A stretch of DNA of 64,000 nt from an uncultured bacterium (GCA_949284575.1 CASDWO010000061.1:16924-80923); one strand, 5' to 3'; numbered from the stretch's first letter, positions 20,052 to 31,037 are shown. Program-made: numbers and translations. The notes: generated from the sequence alone by a model not told the origin.

Positions 20052-20052
20052 A

Positions 20053-20496
20053 TTAGATCACCTCGGCTTTACTTCCTGATTCATTAATTTTTTCTAAAGC
20101 ACTTTTTGAAAATTTATGAGCTTCAATAGTAAGCTTTTTATTTAAAGTACCATTTCCTAATATTTTAATACCATCTAGTTGTTTTTTAACAATGCCTTTT
20201 TCTTTTAATAAGGCTGGTGTTACAACAGTTCCATCTTCAAAATTATTTAAATCGCTAAGATTTACAACTGCATATTTAGTTTTAAAATCATGATTACTAA
20301 ATCCTCTTTTTGGAAGTCTTCTATATAATGGTAATTGTCCTCCTTCAAATACTGGAGAAACTCCACCACCGCTACGAGCGTTTTGTCCTTTGTGTCCTTT
20401 TCCTGATGTTTTACCACGACCAGAGCCAGGTCCACGACCAACTATTTTTTTTCTGAAAGTAGCGCCTTCATTTTTTTCTAATTCATGTAATTTCAT
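20053..20496 (-). CDS. rplO: 50S ribosomal protein L15
   Basis: L15 family. Directly abuts rpsE with no rpmD between them. Confidence 0.95.
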   Translation of the reverse strand: MKLHELEKNEGATFRKKIVGRGPGSGRGKTSGKGHKGQNARSGGGVSPVFEGGQLPLYRRLPKRGFSNHDFKTKYAVVNLSDLNNFEDGTVVTPALLKEKGIVKKQLDGIKILGNGTLNKKLTIEAHKFSKSALEKINESGSKAEVI

Positions 20497-21005
20497 TATC
20501 CTAAAATCTCCTCTTCTGTTTTACCACGAAGCTTAGCAACTTCTTCAATTGTTCTAATACTCTTTAGACCATTAATAGTAGCTGTAGCCATATTAAGTTT
20601 AGTTCTAGCTCCTAGAGATTTAGAAACAACATCACGAACACCAGCTAATTCCAAAACAGCTCTAATACTACCACCAGCAATGATTCCAGTACCTTCACTA
20701 GCTGGGCGTAGTAATACTTTAGCAGCACCACTAGTACCTATAACTTCATGAGCAATAGTTCTTCCATCAATTAATTTAATAGTAATCATATTTTTATTAG
20801 CATCTTGAATAGCTTTTTTAATAGCATCTGGTACTTCAAATGCTTTACCAGTACCGATACCTACATGTCCTTTACGATCTCCAACAACTACAACTGCTAA
20901 AAAACGACGTTGACGTCCACCTTTAGTAACTTTAACTACACTTTTAAGTTGAACGACTAGTTCTTCAAGTTGTTTTTCTTTGGCATCGTTTGTTTGTTTT
21001 TGCAT
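20496..21005 (-). CDS. rpsE: 30S ribosomal protein S5
   Basis: S5 family. Confidence 0.95.
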   Translation of the reverse strand: MQKQTNDAKEKQLEELVVQLKSVVKVTKGGRQRRFLAVVVVGDRKGHVGIGTGKAFEVPDAIKKAIQDANKNMITIKLIDGRTIAHEVIGTSGAAKVLLRPASEGTGIIAGGSIRAVLELAGVRDVVSKSLGARTKLNMATATINGLKSIRTIEEVAKLRGKTEEEILG

Positions 21006-21016
21006 ATTTACCCTCC

Positions 21017-21379
21017 TTAGAACTCTAGTCCATTTTCACGTGCAGCATCAGCTAATGCTTTAACACGTCCATGATAAAGATAGCCACCTCTATCAAAAAC
21101 TACTTTGTTAATGCCAGCTTCACTACATTTTTTAGCAATACTAGCACCAACTTTGGCAGCTGCTTCAATATTTGATTTGTTTTTTAAATTTAAATCTTTA
21201 TCTCTAGAAGAAGCAGATACTAAAGTAGTAGCACTCTCATCATCAATAACTTGAGCATAAATTGCTGTATTTGATCTAAATACATTAAGTCTTGGAACAG
21301 CACTAGTTCCACTTAGATGAGTTCTAATTCTAGCATGACGTACTTCACGCATACTATTTCTTGACTTTTTATTAATCAT
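21017..21379 (-). CDS. rplR: 50S ribosomal protein L18
   Basis: L18 family. Confidence 0.95.
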   Translation of the reverse strand: MINKKSRNSMREVRHARIRTHLSGTSAVPRLNVFRSNTAIYAQVIDDESATTLVSASSRDKDLNLKNKSNIEAAAKVGASIAKKCSEAGINKVVFDRGGYLYHGRVKALADAARENGLEF

Positions 21380-21402
21380 AACTTTCTCTCCTTCCTACTA
21401 GC

Positions 21403-21933
21403 TTAAGCAGCTTTCTTTCCTTCTTTACGTCTAATATGTTCATCCTTATAACGGATACCTTTACCTTTATATGGTTCTGGGCGGCGTACTTTACGTATAT
21501 TAGCCGCAAATTCTCCAACTAAGGCTTTATCTATACCTTTAACAGTTATTTCTGTATTAGACGCTGCTTCTACAGTAAGCCCTTCAGGTACAGTCATTTC
21601 TACAGGATGAGAGTAACCAGCATTAATAGTTAGTTTTTTACCACTTACATTGAAACGATAACCAACACCTACTATTTCTAGTCCTTTTTCATATCCTTTA
21701 GTTACACCTGTAATCATATTTTGAAGAAGTGCATTCATTGTTCCATGCATTGCTTTTACTGCGTCGCTTACTCTTGTTAATGTAATTTCATTATCTTTTT
21801 GAGTCATGCTAATACCTTTTAGCATTTTTTGGCTCAAGCTTCCCTTTGGGCCAGTAACTGTTACAATACCATTTTCTTCTTTAACTGTTACTCCTGCGGG
21901 AACTTCAATTTTACGATTTCCAATACGGCTCAT
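21403..21933 (-). CDS. rplF: 50S ribosomal protein L6
   Basis: L6 family. Confidence 0.95.
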   Translation of the reverse strand: MSRIGNRKIEVPAGVTVKEENGIVTVTGPKGSLSQKMLKGISMTQKDNEITLTRVSDAVKAMHGTMNALLQNMITGVTKGYEKGLEIVGVGYRFNVSGKKLTINAGYSHPVEMTVPEGLTVEAASNTEITVKGIDKALVGEFAANIRKVRRPEPYKGKGIRYKDEHIRRKEGKKAA

Positions 21934-21949
21934 TTAAAAACACCTCCTT

Positions 21950-22351
21950 TTACCAAACATAAGCTAGAACTTCGCCACCAAGTTTCATTTTTCTTGCTTC
22001 TTTATCTGTCATAATTCCTTTAGATGTAGAAATAATTGCAATTCCTAGTCCATTTAAAACTCTTGGAACTTCATCATTTTTAGCATATACTCTAAGTCCT
22101 GGTTTAGAAATTCTCTTTAAGCCTGTTATTACTCTTTCTTTATTTTCACCATATTTTAATGTTAAAACAATTATGTTTTGTACACCATCTTTTTCTGTTT
22201 TATAATCTTTAATAAATCCTTCTTCTTTTAAAATTCTTGCAATCTCTAATTTTAATTTTGATGAAGGAACTTTTACTTCTTCATAACGCATAGCATTAGC
22301 ATTACGAATACGAGTTAACATATCTGCAATTGTATCTGTAACTACAGCCAT
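21950..22351 (-). CDS. rpsH: 30S ribosomal protein S8
   Basis: S8 family. Confidence 0.95.
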   Translation of the reverse strand: MAVVTDTIADMLTRIRNANAMRYEEVKVPSSKLKLEIARILKEEGFIKDYKTEKDGVQNIIVLTLKYGENKERVITGLKRISKPGLRVYAKNDEVPRVLNGLGIAIISTSKGIMTDKEARKMKLGGEVLAYVW

Positions 22352-22378
22352 CTTTTTTCCTCCTTTTCTACCAGTTTT

Positions 22379-22564
22379 CTACCAACTTGATTTTTTTACG
22401 CCTGGTATTTGTCCTTTATAAGCCAATTCACGGAAGCAAATACGGCAGATTCCAAATTTGCTCATTACGGCGTGAGGTCTGCCACAACGTGCACAACGAG
22501 TGTATTCACGTACTTTGTATTTTGGCTTTCTACTTTGTTTTACAACCATACTTTTTCTTGCCAT
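22379..22564 (-). CDS. rpsZ: 30S ribosomal protein S14 type Z (zinc-binding, 61 aa)
   Basis: CxxC...CxxC motif. Short S14 form. Confidence 0.95.
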   Translation of the reverse strand: MARKSMVVKQSRKPKYKVREYTRCARCGRPHAVMSKFGICRICFRELAYKGQIPGVKKSSW

Positions 22565-22577
22565 CTTTTACCCTCCA

Positions 22578-23126
22578 TTACTTTCTAAAAGGAATGCCTA
22601 GACCTTTTAATAAGTCATATGCTTCTTCATTAGTTTTAGCAGTTGTAACGAATATAATATCCATACCACGTACTTTTACAATTTCATCATAGTTTATTTC
22701 ACTAAAGATTAATTGTTCTTTAATACCTAATGTATAATTACCACGACCATCGAAAGATTTAGGATTAACTCCTCTAAAATCACGAACTTGTGGAAGTGAG
22801 ATAGAAATTAGTTTATCAACAAAGTTATACATATTATCGCCTCTAAGGGTTACTTTACAACCAATCTTTTGACCTTCTCTTATTTTAAAACCAGCGATAG
22901 ATTTTTTTGCTTTTGTTACTACAGGTTTTTGACCAGAGATCTTTTCAAGATCTGCTACAGCAGCATCTAATAGTTTAGAGTTTGTAGTAGCATCTCCTAC
23001 ACCCATATTAATAACAACTTTTTCTAATTTAGGTACTTCCATAATAGATTTATAGTTATATTTTTCCATTAAACTTGGAACTACTTCAGTTAGATATTTA
23101 TCTTTTAAACGTAAGTTTTGACTCAT
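22578..23126 (-). CDS. rplE: 50S ribosomal protein L5
   Basis: L5 family. Confidence 0.95.
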   Translation of the reverse strand: MSQNLRLKDKYLTEVVPSLMEKYNYKSIMEVPKLEKVVINMGVGDATTNSKLLDAAVADLEKISGQKPVVTKAKKSIAGFKIREGQKIGCKVTLRGDNMYNFVDKLISISLPQVRDFRGVNPKSFDGRGNYTLGIKEQLIFSEINYDEIVKVRGMDIIFVTTAKTNEEAYDLLKGLGIPFRK

Positions 23127-23142
23127 AATTTACCTCCTTCCA

Positions 23143-23451
23143 CTAATCAAGTACTTCTTTAGATTTAGTACTGATTCTAACTTTTTTACCATTTTTATCG
23201 ATTGTATGTGAAATTCTTGTTCCTTTTTTAGTCTTAGGATCAACAATCATAACATTTGAAGCATTAATTGGTGCTTCGATTTCCATAATTCCTCCAGCAT
23301 CATTACCAGTAGGTTTCTTATGTTTTTTTACAATGTGTACACCTTCAACAATAACTTTGTTTTCAGTTTTTAATGTCTTGATTATTTTTCCAGTTTTACC
23401 TTTATCAGAACCAGATTTTACAACAACCTTATCTCCTACTTTTAACTTCAT
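23143..23451 (-). CDS. rplX: 50S ribosomal protein L24
   Basis: L24 KOW domain. Confidence 0.95.
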   Translation of the reverse strand: MKLKVGDKVVVKSGSDKGKTGKIIKTLKTENKVIVEGVHIVKKHKKPTGNDAGGIMEIEAPINASNVMIVDPKTKKGTRISHTIDKNGKKVRISTKSKEVLD

Positions 23452-23462
23452 AACTTTCCTCC

Positions 23463-23831
23463 TTATAGTACTTCTTTTGCAAGACTTACTATTTTCATAT
23501 AATCTTTATCACGAAGTTCACGTGCTACTGGTCCAAAGACACGAGTGCCAACAGGACTCTTATCATCTTTGATAATTACACAAGCATTATCATCGAATTT
23601 TATGTAGCTACCATCTTCACGTCTTACACCTTTTTTGCTTCTAACGATTACGGCTTTAACTACTTTACCTTTTGGCATACTAGAATTTGGTATAGCATCT
23701 TTTACGGTTCCAACAACAACATCTCCGATATTTCCAGTTTTTACATGACTTCCACCTAAAACTCTAATTACTAATAATTCACGAGCTCCAGTGTTATCAG
23801 CTACTTTTAATCTACTTTCTTGTTGTAACAT
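23463..23831 (-). CDS. rplN: 50S ribosomal protein L14
   Basis: L14 family. Confidence 0.95.
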   Translation of the reverse strand: MLQQESRLKVADNTGARELLVIRVLGGSHVKTGNIGDVVVGTVKDAIPNSSMPKGKVVKAVIVRSKKGVRREDGSYIKFDDNACVIIKDDKSPVGTRVFGPVARELRDKDYMKIVSLAKEVL

Positions 23832-23856
23832 AGATTATCCTCCTTTACCTTAAGAG

Positions 23857-24117
23857 TTATAGAATAACTGCTTCTTTTACGATTTCTTTTAAATAGAAAT
23901 GTTTAGTCTTAGAAATTGGTTTAGTTTCTACAATTCTAACAACATCTCCAACTTTTGCTTTGTTTGTTTCATCATGAACACTATATTTCTTAGAAGATTT
24001 TACTCTTTTATGATATAGTGGGTGCATTTTATGTGTTTCAACTAAAACAGTAATAGTTTTGTTGTTTTTAGCACTTATAACTTTACCAACTAATTCATGT
24101 ATTAATTTTTTCTCCAT
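23857..24117 (-). CDS. rpsQ: 30S ribosomal protein S17
   Basis: S17 family. Confidence 0.95.
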   Translation of the reverse strand: MEKKLIHELVGKVISAKNNKTITVLVETHKMHPLYHKRVKSSKKYSVHDETNKAKVGDVVRIVETKPISKTKHFYLKEIVKEAVIL

Positions 24118-24129
24118 AAATTGTTCCTC

Positions 24130-24339
24130 CTACTCAGCTTTCATAGCATCTTTTGCTTCACGTTCTTTTAAAACGGTTTTTAGTCTTGCAACGGTGTGTC
24201 TTAATTCTCTAATGCGTGAAGGCTTTTCAAGGTTTCCCATAGCACTGTTTATTCTTAAGTTAAATAGTTCTTCTTTAGTTTCTTTTAACTTGTTGTTTAT
24301 TTCTTCAGTTGTTAGTTCTCTTATTTCTTTAACCTTCAT
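24130..24339 (-). CDS. rpmC: 50S ribosomal protein L29
   Basis: L29 family. Start at MKVKEI. The ORF-track start at 24348 overlaps rplP. Confidence 0.9.
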   Translation of the reverse strand: MKVKEIRELTTEEINNKLKETKEELFNLRINSAMGNLEKPSRIRELRHTVARLKTVLKEREAKDAMKAE

Positions 24340-24769
24340 TAGTAACACCTCCGTCTTTTGTGTCTTCTTTCTTTACAAATTTGCAAGTAATTGGTAATTT
24401 ATGACTAGCTAAACGTAGTGCTTCACGAGCTACACTTTCAGGAACTCCTGCTACTTCAAACATGATTTTACCTTCTTTAACTACTGCTACCCACTCTTCA
24501 ACGTTTCCTTTACCTTTTCCTTGACGAGTACCAATAGCTTTTTTAGTTAATGGCATATGTGGGAAAATATTGATCCATACTTTTCCACCACGTTTCATGT
24601 AACGAGTCATAGCGACACGTGCTGCTTCTATTTGATTAGCTGTAATCCAAGCTCCTTCTTTAGCTTGTAGGCCATATTCACCAAAATGCAATTCACGGTT
24701 ACCTCTCGATTTGCCTTCGTAAGGTAATCTATGAACACGACGATATTTTGTTCTTGATGGAATTAACAT
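24329..24769 (-). CDS. rplP: 50S ribosomal protein L16
   Basis: L16 family. Confidence 0.95.
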   Translation of the reverse strand: MLIPSRTKYRRVHRLPYEGKSRGNRELHFGEYGLQAKEGAWITANQIEAARVAMTRYMKRGGKVWINIFPHMPLTKKAIGTRQGKGKGNVEEWVAVVKEGKIMFEVAGVPESVAREALRLASHKLPITCKFVKKEDTKDGGVTNEG

Positions 24770-24770
24770 C

Positions 24771-25460
24771 TTAATTACCTCCTTTAGCTTTACTTTCTTT
24801 ACTTACTTTCTTTTCTTTATTTTCTTTTTTTGATGAGAGAATTTCACCTTTATAAATCCATACTTTTACCCCAATTTTACCAAATGTTGTATCTGCTTCT
24901 GAAGTAGCATAATCAACATCAGCTCTTAAGGTATGTAGTGGGATAGTTCCTTCTGTATATCCTTCACTACGAGCCATATCAGCACCACCTAAACGTCCTG
25001 ATACTTTTGTTTTAATTCCTTTTGCTCCTGCTTTCATAGCATTTCTAATAGCACGTTTTTGAGCCATTCTAAATGAAGCTCTATTTGTAATTTGACTAGC
25101 TATAGAATCTGCTACTAACTGAGCATTTAGATCTGCTTTTTTAATATCAACGATTGATACTTGTACATTCTCACCAACGACTTTTGATAACTTATCCTTT
25201 AATTTTGTGATTTCTTCTCCACCACGACCAATGATTACACCTGGTTTTGATGTATGAATTGAAACTTCACATTTTTTAGGAGTTCTTTCTATTTCAACTT
25301 TGGCAATACCTGCATTTTTTAGATTTTTTTCGATATATTCTCTAATTTTGATATCGTTTACTAATACTTTAGAGAAGTCTTCTTTAGAAGCGTACCATTT
25401 AGCTTCCCAATCTTTATTGATGCCAAGTCTAAGTCCGTTTGGATTAACTTTTTGTCCCAT
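24771..25460 (-). CDS. rpsC: 30S ribosomal protein S3
   Basis: S3 KH and C-terminal domains. Confidence 0.95.
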   Translation of the reverse strand: MGQKVNPNGLRLGINKDWEAKWYASKEDFSKVLVNDIKIREYIEKNLKNAGIAKVEIERTPKKCEVSIHTSKPGVIIGRGGEEITKLKDKLSKVVGENVQVSIVDIKKADLNAQLVADSIASQITNRASFRMAQKRAIRNAMKAGAKGIKTKVSGRLGGADMARSEGYTEGTIPLHTLRADVDYATSEADTTFGKIGVKVWIYKGEILSSKKENKEKKVSKESKAKGGN

Positions 25461-25477
25461 CTATAGTTCCTCCTTAA

Positions 25478-25810
25478 TTATTTAGTAGCCACTACTATTA
25501 TAATGTGACTTGTTCTTTTATCTTTGTGTCCAATGTGACCACGTGAATCGAATAAAACTCTTTTCATAACTGGGCCAGCATCTACACGCGCTTCCTTTAC
25601 ATATAAATCTTCTTGGTTTAGTCCCTCGTTATTAACTGCATTGGCTAATGCTGATATTAAGACTTTCTTCGTAAGGATAGCGGCTTTTTTATTTGTATTT
25701 TCTAGAATTGCTAGAGCATCACTTACTTTTTTACCACGGATAGTATTTACTACTAAACGAGCTTTAATAGGTGATATTCTTTGCATTTTAGCGATAGCTT
25801 TTGCTTCCAT
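25478..25810 (-). CDS. rplV: 50S ribosomal protein L22
   Basis: L22 family. Confidence 0.95.
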   Translation of the reverse strand: MEAKAIAKMQRISPIKARLVVNTIRGKKVSDALAILENTNKKAAILTKKVLISALANAVNNEGLNQEDLYVKEARVDAGPVMKRVLFDSRGHIGHKDKRTSHIIIVVATK

Positions 25811-25832
25811 ATTCTTATCCTCCTATAGTCTT

Positions 25833-26102
25833 TTACTTTTTCTTATCAGAACCATGTCCACCATTTTTACGGGTTAAGGCAAATTCACCTAATTTGTGTC
25901 CTACCATATCTTCAGTAACATAAACAGGGATAAATTCTTTACCGTTATGAACTGCAAAGGTATGTCCTACAAATTCAGGAAAAATAGTAGAACGGCGTGA
26001 CCAAGTTTTTATTACTTCTTTTTTTCCACTTTCATTTAATTTTTCAACCTTTGTTAATAATCTTTTGAAGACATAAGGTCCTTTTTTTAAACTTCTAGCC
26101 AT
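25833..26102 (-). CDS. rpsS: 30S ribosomal protein S19
   Basis: S19 family. Confidence 0.95.
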   Translation of the reverse strand: MARSLKKGPYVFKRLLTKVEKLNESGKKEVIKTWSRRSTIFPEFVGHTFAVHNGKEFIPVYVTEDMVGHKLGEFALTRKNGGHGSDKKK

Positions 26103-26113
26103 GTTTTATCCTC

Positions 26114-26944
26114 CTATTTACTATTACGACGACGAACAATAAATTTATCAGTTCGTTTATTATTTCTTGTTTTATATCCAAGAGCAGGTTTACCCCAAGG
26201 TGTAACTGGTGCTTTACGTCCAACAGGAGCACGACCTTCACCACCACCATGTGGATGGTCATTAGGGTTCATAACAGAACCACGAACGGTAGGGCGAATA
26301 CCCATATGACGTTTACGTCCAGCTTTTCCTAATTTTACTAGACTAGAATCTTCATTTCCTACAACACCAATTGTAGCCATACAAGTTCCTAGTACTTTTC
26401 TTTGTTCTCCACTAGATAATCTAATCATTACATATTTACCTTCACGACCTAGTATTTGAGCACTAGTACCAGCACTTCTAGCTAGAGCAGCACCTTTTCC
26501 TGGGCGAAGTTCAATGTTATGAATAACTGTACCTACAGGAATATTCATAATAGGTAGAGCATTACCTACTTTTATATCAGCATTTTCGCCTGCTGTTATT
26601 TTATCTCCTACTTTTAAGCCTTTAGGAGCAATTATATATCTCTTTTCACCATCTAAATAGTTAATTAAAGCTATATTAGCTGTTCTATTTGGATCGTATT
26701 CTATACTTGCTACAACACCAGTAATATCATGTTTGTCTCTTTTAAAATCAATGATACGGTATTTTCTTTTAACACCGCCACCTTGATGACGTACTGTTAT
26801 TTTTCCTTGATTATTTCTTCCTGAGTTTTTCTTTAATGTTACAGTTAAGCTTTTCTCAGGAGTACTTTTTGTAATCTCTTCACCGACTAGAGTACTCATT
26901 TTTCTACGTCCTGGCGTAGTAGGTTTATAATTTCTAATAGCCAT
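26114..26944 (-). CDS. rplB: 50S ribosomal protein L2
   Basis: L2 family. Confidence 0.95.
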   Translation of the reverse strand: MAIRNYKPTTPGRRKMSTLVGEEITKSTPEKSLTVTLKKNSGRNNQGKITVRHQGGGVKRKYRIIDFKRDKHDITGVVASIEYDPNRTANIALINYLDGEKRYIIAPKGLKVGDKITAGENADIKVGNALPIMNIPVGTVIHNIELRPGKGAALARSAGTSAQILGREGKYVMIRLSSGEQRKVLGTCMATIGVVGNEDSSLVKLGKAGRKRHMGIRPTVRGSVMNPNDHPHGGGEGRAPVGRKAPVTPWGKPALGYKTRNNKRTDKFIVRRRNSK

Positions 26945-26960
26945 ATTTTATTTCCTCCTT

Positions 26961-27242
26961 CTATGAAAGATCAATTTGTTCACCATCTTTTAGAGTTACA
27001 ATAGCTTTTTTATATCTATTAGTAAGTCCAGTATAGCGACCAACTCTTCTTTTCTTAGGTTTTACGTTTAATGTTCTTATTTGTTCAACATGTACTTTAA
27101 AAATCTTTTCAATAGCTTGTTTAATTTCTATTTTATTAGCTTTAGAAGAAACTTTAAATACATATTGGTTCTTTTCTCCTAATACACCACTTTTTTCTGT
27201 TATAACTGGAGCTTTAATTATTTCTAAATATTTAGTATCCAT
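26961..27242 (-). CDS. rplW: 50S ribosomal protein L23
   Basis: L23 family. Confidence 0.95.
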   Translation of the reverse strand: MDTKYLEIIKAPVITEKSGVLGEKNQYVFKVSSKANKIEIKQAIEKIFKVHVEQIRTLNVKPKKRRVGRYTGLTNRYKKAIVTLKDGEQIDLS

Positions 27243-27868
27243 TATTTAAAAGCCTCCTCTGTTTTAGTTAATGCATCGTTTGTGAAAACTACAACATCTG
27301 AATTAACTAAGTCTAATACATTTAATTCATCAGTTGAAACTAAAGCTACATTAGCTAGATTTCTTGATGCTAAAATTACATTTTCTGTAAAGTCTGTTAC
27401 TACTAATAAAACTTTTTTATCAGCAATTTTTAAGTTGTTTAATAAAGTTACCATTTCTTTTGTTTTTGGAGTATTAAATACTAACTCTTCAAGAACCATA
27501 ACTTCATTATCATTAAATTTATGAGCTAAAGCACTTTGTAGCGCTAAGCGTCTTTCTTTACGATTTTGTTTTTTACTGTAATCTCTTGGTACTGGAGTTC
27601 CAAAACGTCCTCCACCTACCCATTGTACAGCTCTAATTGAACCTTGACGTGCATGTCCTGTTCCTTTTTGTCTCCAAGGTTTACGTCCTCCACCACTTAC
27701 TTCAGAACGATTTTTAGTAGAGTGTGTACCTTGTCTTAATGATGCTCTTGTTAAGATGATTGCATCATATAATACTTTATCGTTAGGGGTAATTCCAAAC
27801 ACTTCTTCATTTAATTTTAATTCTTTTATTACATCACCTTTAAGATTTAAAAGATTTACGTTTTTCAT
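27242..27868 (-). CDS. rplD: 50S ribosomal protein L4
   Basis: L4 family. Start at MKNVNLL with RBS AGGAGG. Confidence 0.95.
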   Translation of the reverse strand: MKNVNLLNLKGDVIKELKLNEEVFGITPNDKVLYDAIILTRASLRQGTHSTKNRSEVSGGGRKPWRQKGTGHARQGSIRAVQWVGGGRFGTPVPRDYSKKQNRKERRLALQSALAHKFNDNEVMVLEELVFNTPKTKEMVTLLNNLKIADKKVLLVVTDFTENVILASRNLANVALVSTDELNVLDLVNSDVVVFTNDALTKTEEAFK

Positions 27869-27921
27869 ACTTTTTCCTCCTTTCACTACACTTTATCAAA
27901 TTTAATTATAGGTAGTGACGA

Positions 27922-28701
27922 TTATTCGTTTGTAGTTTCTGTAGTATCAGTATCAACTGTTGTCTCGTTAAGAGCTTCATCTTTAGCTTCTAGAGTATTT
28001 TCTTCTACTTCTAAAGCAGTTTCAGCTTCTTTCATATCTTCATAAGTGATTAATTCAGCTGGAGTATTTTTCTTATCTTTATTTTTTACAGCTGTTTTGA
28101 TAATTACTAAACCTTCTTTTGGTCCTGGTACATTACCTTTAATTAAAATTACGTTGTTTTCTAAGTCTACTGCTACTACTTCAAGATTTTGGACAGTAGC
28201 TGTTACATTACCCATTTGTCCTGGTAATTTCTTACCTTTTAATACGTGCATTGGTCTCATCGTTCCAAGAGATCCAACTCCACGATGATATTGTGAACCA
28301 TGTCCCATAGGTCCACGACTTCCGTTGTGACGTTTAATTACACCTTGGAAACCTTTACCTTTGCTGATTCCACTAACGTCTACAATTTCGCCAGCTTCAA
28401 AAATACTAGCATCTAATACTTGTCCTAAAGTGTAATCTGCTACATTAACGCCTTTTATTTCTCTTAAGAAGCGCTTAGGCTCAGTATTAGCTTTATTGGT
28501 ATGACCCATTTTAGGTTTGTTACTTACTTTTTCTCTAACTGTTTTGTAACCTAATTGAATAGCTTCATAACCATCTGTTTCATTAGTTTTTATTTGCGTA
28601 ACAACATTAGGTTCTACTTCTACTACAGTTACAGGAATAAGTTTGCCTTCAGCAGTGAATACTTGAGTCATTCCTTTTTTTGTACCTAAGATTCCTTTCA
28701 T
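27922..28701 (-). CDS. rplC: 50S ribosomal protein L3 with an unusual ~50-aa acidic C-terminal extension
   Basis: L3 core to about residue 205, then [47 protein letters not shown]. Confidence 0.9.
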   Translation of the reverse strand: MKGILGTKKGMTQVFTAEGKLIPVTVVEVEPNVVTQIKTNETDGYEAIQLGYKTVREKVSNKPKMGHTNKANTEPKRFLREIKGVNVADYTLGQVLDASIFEAGEIVDVSGISKGKGFQGVIKRHNGSRGPMGHGSQYHRGVGSLGTMRPMHVLKGKKLPGQMGNVTATVQNLEVVAVDLENNVILIKGNVPGPKEGLVIIKTAVKNKDKKNTPAELITYEDMKEAETALEVEENTLEAKDEALNETTVDTDTTETTNE

Positions 28702-28719
28702 TTTAACTCCTCCTAATTA

Positions 28720-29031
28720 TTAAATAGTTTTGATTTTAATATCGACACCACTTGGTAAATCAAGATGTGCTAGAGCATCAATTGTTTCCTTACTTGGATT
28801 TTTAATATCAATTAATCTCTTGTGTGTACGCATTTCGAATTGTTCACGACTATCTTTATATTTGTGAACAGCTCTTAAAATTGTGAATTTTTCAATTTCT
28901 GTTGGTAGAGGTACAGGTCCAACTATATCTCCCCCACTTCTTTTAATTGTTTCAACAATTTTAGTTACAGCATTATCAAGAACTCTATGATCATATGCTT
29001 TTAACTTAATACGAACTTTTTGTGTTGACAT
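28720..29031 (-). CDS. rpsJ: 30S ribosomal protein S10
   Basis: S10 family. First gene of the S10 operon. Confidence 0.95.
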   Translation of the reverse strand: MSTQKVRIKLKAYDHRVLDNAVTKIVETIKRSGGDIVGPVPLPTEIEKFTILRAVHKYKDSREQFEMRTHKRLIDIKNPSKETIDALAHLDLPSGVDIKIKTI

Positions 29032-29165
29032 TATTTACGTCCTCCCTTCGCCTATATCTAGTATAGACTTGCTCCGTGTGAATAACCCGATAGCTAGTTA
29101 GCAACTTAACCTGGCGTATCGACAACCTCCCACATCTAAGCAGTCACACGTAATTAATATTATCA
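29032..29165 (-). promoter_or_regulatory. GC-rich structured 5' leader of the S10 operon (candidate autoregulatory RNA element), with a putative promoter TTGTAT-17-TAATAT just upstream
   Basis: Local GC is far above background. Long-range helix GUGUGA...UCACAC encloses sub-hairpins (CGAUA/UAUCG, GCUAAC/UAGC). RBS GGGAGGA. Confidence 0.45.
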
Positions 29166-29213
29166 TAGAAAACCCTAGAATACAAGCATTTTTTGAAGTT
29201 TTTTTAAGATTTT

Positions 29214-29242
29214 TTGACTGATATTATTAAAAATGATATACT
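29214..29242 (+). promoter_or_regulatory. sigma-A-like promoter TTGACT-17-TATACT upstream of the Doc/Fic-like gene, divergent from the S10 promoter
   Basis: TTGACT 29214-29219 and TATACT 29237-29242. Confidence 0.55.
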
Positions 29243-29266
29243 AGACCACAAAAAAGAGGTGTTGTT

Positions 29267-30088
29267 ATGAATAATGATGAAGCAAGATTCTTTATAAGTT
29301 CGATGATGGAAGGTTATAAGAAGAGAAAAGTAGAAAATAGACTCTATTCTGATGATGATTTCATTCCTGAAAATATTATTACTACTTATTATGATTTTGT
29401 TATTAAACCGGAGTTTTCTTTTGTTATTAATGAATATAAGAAACAATATGTTTTTAATGAAGCAAGAGTTGAAACTAATATTTCTAAAGAGGAAATAGCA
29501 GGATTGGGAACAGTTTATGATTATATTCAGTCTTTTGATTTTGACAAAGATTATTTTAATATTTTTACAACTTCTCTAATTTTACATCAGAAATTATATT
29601 CTAAATGCCCTAATCCTCATTTTGGCGGTACTTTAAGAGACTGTGATGCTATTCTATATGATTTACCTGTCGATGTACCTACTGCTAAAGTTGCTAAAGA
29701 AAGATTTAATCAGTATATAGCTACGTCTAATGATATTTTTATTCCGTTAGAAAGTGGTGATATATTTGAATATATTAATAATACTGTGTCTTTAACTGCA
29801 GATTTAATTTATTTACAACCTTTTGCAGATGGCAATAAAAGAACATTTAGAGCTTTACAAAATTTGTTATTTAAAAGAATTGATTTACCACCTGTCTATA
29901 TTGATGTTAGTGAAAGAGATGAATATAAAAAGAATTTGATTATAGCAATGACTGAAAATGATTATAACTCTTTGATTAGATTTTATTATTATAAAATATG
30001 TGATGCAATTATGAATTTAGATATTAATAGATCTAAAATAGCTGAAAATTCTCAACATAAAATAAAATCTTTAGGTGCTTTACATTAA
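29267..30088 (+). CDS. Fido-domain protein of the Doc subfamily with a non-canonical active-site motif QPFADGNKRT (catalytic His replaced by Gln)
   Basis: The Doc motif is H-x-F-x-(D/N)-(A/G)-N-K-R. Here LIYLQPFADGNKRTFRAL matches every position except the His. Confidence 0.6.
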   Translation: MNNDEARFFISSMMEGYKKRKVENRLYSDDDFIPENIITTYYDFVIKPEFSFVINEYKKQYVFNEARVETNISKEEIAGLGTVYDYIQSFDFDKDYFNIFTTSLILHQKLYSKCPNPHFGGTLRDCDAILYDLPVDVPTAKVAKERFNQYIATSNDIFIPLESGDIFEYINNTVSLTADLIYLQPFADGNKRTFRALQNLLFKRIDLPPVYIDVSERDEYKKNLIIAMTENDYNSLIRFYYYKICDAIMNLDINRSKIAENSQHKIKSLGALH

Positions 30089-30111
30089 TTTTATTAAGGA
30101 GATGATTATTC

Positions 30112-31005
30112 ATGGAAAAAATTATAGATTTACATATTCACAGTAATTTATCTGATGGAGAACTCTCTCCTAAAGAAATTATTGATAGAACAGTTAATAA
30201 TTTAGTTAGTGTTATAGCAATAGCAGATCATGATACAACTCTTGCTTACAATGATGAGTTATTTAATTATGCAAAAGAGAATAATGTTAAATTAATCACT
30301 GCTGTTGAAATTTCTACTAAAACTAACAAATGCGGGATTCATGTCTTGGGCTATAACTTTGATATTAATAATATAAAACTAAAAGAAAAGTTATATGCTA
30401 TACGTAATGCTAGGCATATTTATTTACATGATGTTGCTACTAAATTAAAAGAGTTTGGCTATGTCATTGATGTAGATACTTTAGATAAGATTGATGCAGT
30501 TACTAAAGCTCATATTGCTCTTAATATTGTAGAAAATATAGATAATAAGGAATTGCTATTAAAAACTTTTGGACATATCCCTAATAAGGGTGAGTTTATT
30601 GAAACAATAATGAATGAAGGATGTCCTTGTTATGTAGAAAAAAAGACTATTAGTCCTAAAGAAGCAAGTGAGTTGATAAGAGAAGCTGGCGGTAAAGTAG
30701 TGCTTGCTCATCCAGTAGCCTATAAATATGAAGATGGATTAACTGATGATGATATATTAAAGCTAGTTATGGAAATGAATCCTGATGGTATTGAAGCTAA
30801 TTACGTTTATTTAGACAGAAATGGTAATAAAATAAATGAAAGTACTCATTGGAATAACTTTGCTAAATGTCATAATCTAATAACGACAATAGGTTCTGAC
30901 TTTCATAAGAATGATGGTATTCACTCTGACATTGGTTTAGTTAATGAAGATATTAAATTAAATGAAAATGAAATTTACTCTATTATTGATAACCTTTTAA
31001 AATAA
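30112..31005 (+). CDS. PHP-domain metal-dependent phosphoesterase (TrpH/YciV-like)
   Basis: N-terminal IDLHIHSNLSDG (HxH) and later His/Asp ligands (AIADHD, HPVAY, GSDFH). Confidence 0.8.
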   Translation: MEKIIDLHIHSNLSDGELSPKEIIDRTVNNLVSVIAIADHDTTLAYNDELFNYAKENNVKLITAVEISTKTNKCGIHVLGYNFDINNIKLKEKLYAIRNARHIYLHDVATKLKEFGYVIDVDTLDKIDAVTKAHIALNIVENIDNKELLLKTFGHIPNKGEFIETIMNEGCPCYVEKKTISPKEASELIREAGGKVVLAHPVAYKYEDGLTDDDILKLVMEMNPDGIEANYVYLDRNGNKINESTHWNNFAKCHNLITTIGSDFHKNDGIHSDIGLVNEDIKLNENEIYSIIDNLLK

Positions 31006-31011
31006 AGTTTT

Positions 31012-31034
31012 TCCACAAAAACTGTGCAAAAACT
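31012..31034. terminator. bidirectional terminator hairpin (GTTTTTCCACAAAAACTGTGCAAAAAC + T6) between convergent PHP and Y-family polymerase genes
   Basis: seen in sequence. Member of the TTCCACA/TGTGGAA palindrome family. Confidence 0.6.
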
Positions 31035-31037
31035 TTT

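Noticed and set aside
29204-29446. 80-aa minus-strand ORF overlapping the Fido gene start.
   Set aside because: It is antisense to a well-supported CDS and spans the divergent promoter region. It has low-complexity ISSNNIF-type composition and no RBS.
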